Of a stretch of DNA of 64,000 nt, positions 63,099 to 64,000 are shown piece after piece. Origin of the DNA: Bacillales bacterium UBA4855 (lineage in GTDB: Bacteria; Bacillota_I; Bacilli_A; RFN20; CAG-826); contig DHEH01000002.1 of the NCBI GenBank assembly GCA_002399785.1, positions 33,265 to 97,264 on the forward strand. Reading direction: 5' to 3'. The position numbers were made by a program, and so were the translations under genes. Under the pieces are notes generated by a model. The model had not been told where the DNA came from. It made no database searches and saw only the letters and a program-made list of their open reading frames with translations. The number at the start of each line of letters is the position of its first letter. The stretch's first letter is position 1.

Positions 63099-64000
63099 TT
63101 AAGTTCTTGTCACACCATTAATTGAATTATCACCGATATTGTAATTAAAACTTAAAGTATATGTTTCGATATATTCTGTGCTTGAAGTGTAATCATGATA
63201 TAAACAATCTGCTCTAAAATTAAGTTTTATTTTATATCCTGTAATTGTATTACCATCAATAATAAAATCACTTTTAAAAGACATAATTGAATAATTCTTC
63301 TTTTCGATAACACTAGTTATAAAACCAGTTCCGTTATTATTTAAAGTAAATGTATCTTCAAAATTGAATTCAGCTCCTGAAACATGATATTTAAAACTTA
63401 TGCTTTCCTCAGTAATCTAATTTATCGAAAAATAATAAAAATTTATTTCAGAAGTTGAAAAATCTATATCAAAAGAAATATCGTTAAGATCGTTATGAAT
63501 TTGGACATAAACTGAATTTTCTTTAGTAATTACGTCCGTGTTTTCTTCAAAAGATAATGATTGATCAAAATCACATTTATTAAATGGATAATGTATTTCT
63601 TTTACATAGTAGTTAATTTTTATAGAGTTGTCAGTAAAGACAACATTTTGATATTCATTTGCTCTAAAAACTTTATTTTTGGTTGCATCAATAAAAGCTT
63701 TAGAATTATTTATGCCTTTAACATAAGTAAAATCACGAAAATTAAGAGAAACATAATCAGTTACTCTAAGATATTTTTTTAAATTGTTTTCCTCAAGTGA
63801 GAACTCATAAAGAAAAACCTCTCCACCTTGGTCTTTGTAGCCATTATATTTGTAATTATCATTACCAATATGATATCCATTACCAATTTCAGATGTTTCA
63901 ATAATATAAATGAGATTTAGTAAATTATCGCTATCAATCGTAAGTGACAACTTCTTCTTATTAACGGAAGAATAAGAAACTTTGTCATAAGATTCTTCAC
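63099..64000 (-). pseudogene. Unknown gene running off the right edge, interrupted by a single in-frame TAG (63417-63419)
   Basis: The frame is open from 64000 (EESYDKVSYSSVNKKKLSLTIDSDN..) to TAG 63417. The same frame then continues (ITEESISFKYHVSGAEF..MSFKSDFIIDG..) to TAA 63099. From 63416 to 63284 is 132 nt, so the track ORFs 63417-63950 and 63099-63284 are in frame. Confidence 0.45.

Noticed and set aside
63099-63284. The 61-aa ORF as an independent small gene.
   Set aside because: It is in frame with, and compositionally continuous with, the upstream ORF across 132 nt and a single TAG. There is no RBS before its ATG.

Overview
This is an AT-rich chromosomal segment (G+C looks near 30% by eye, not computed). 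It appears to come from a wall-less-Firmicute or Mollicutes-like organism that reads the standard code: Trp is TGG and all long ORFs are intact under code 11. I infer it is Acholeplasma-like rather than Mycoplasma-like. The window is densely coding and almost entirely on the minus strand. (i) 1-19.2 kb is one co-directional array. It holds giant Ig-repeat lipoproteins, two staphylococcal-nuclease (SNase) lipoproteins, a CUT1-type ABC importer with two binding lipoproteins and an insertion-bearing ATPase, and three membrane proteins, two of them RDD-family. (ii) preT-preA lies on the + strand, followed by a cysK-cysE-Nudix operon. (iii) 24.8-34.1 kb is a battery of surface hydrolases: two endonuclease-I proteins, an M6-type metalloprotease, a 5'-nucleotidase and other lipoproteins, plus tRNA-Lys(CUU). 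(iv) A lysine riboswitch sits in front of a polar-amino-acid ABC importer. (v) 37.4-40.6 kb is a decayed accessory islet. It contains XRE/ImmA-like pseudogenes, a duplicated 210-bp promoter-plus-5'-gene cassette, two copies of an unknown toxin-like gene and three frameshifted paralogues of an unknown ~150-aa gene. (vi) Three giant lipoproteins occupy 40.7-48.2 kb. (vii) A paralogous lipoprotein pair sits beside a second M6 protease. (viii) oppABCDF carries mollicute-style insertions. (ix) A small membrane protein and a partial gene interrupted by an in-frame TAG close the window. At least 19 proteins carry a signal peptide plus lipobox. I saw no CRISPR array, rRNA, intact transposase or recognisable known defence system. 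The best candidates for something undescribed are the nuclease-plus-importer array, the repeated toxin-like/immunity-like cassettes at 38.3-40.6 kb (all broken here), and the complete absence of TGA as a stop or sense codon in intact genes. All domain calls come from motifs read by eye, and no database search was possible.
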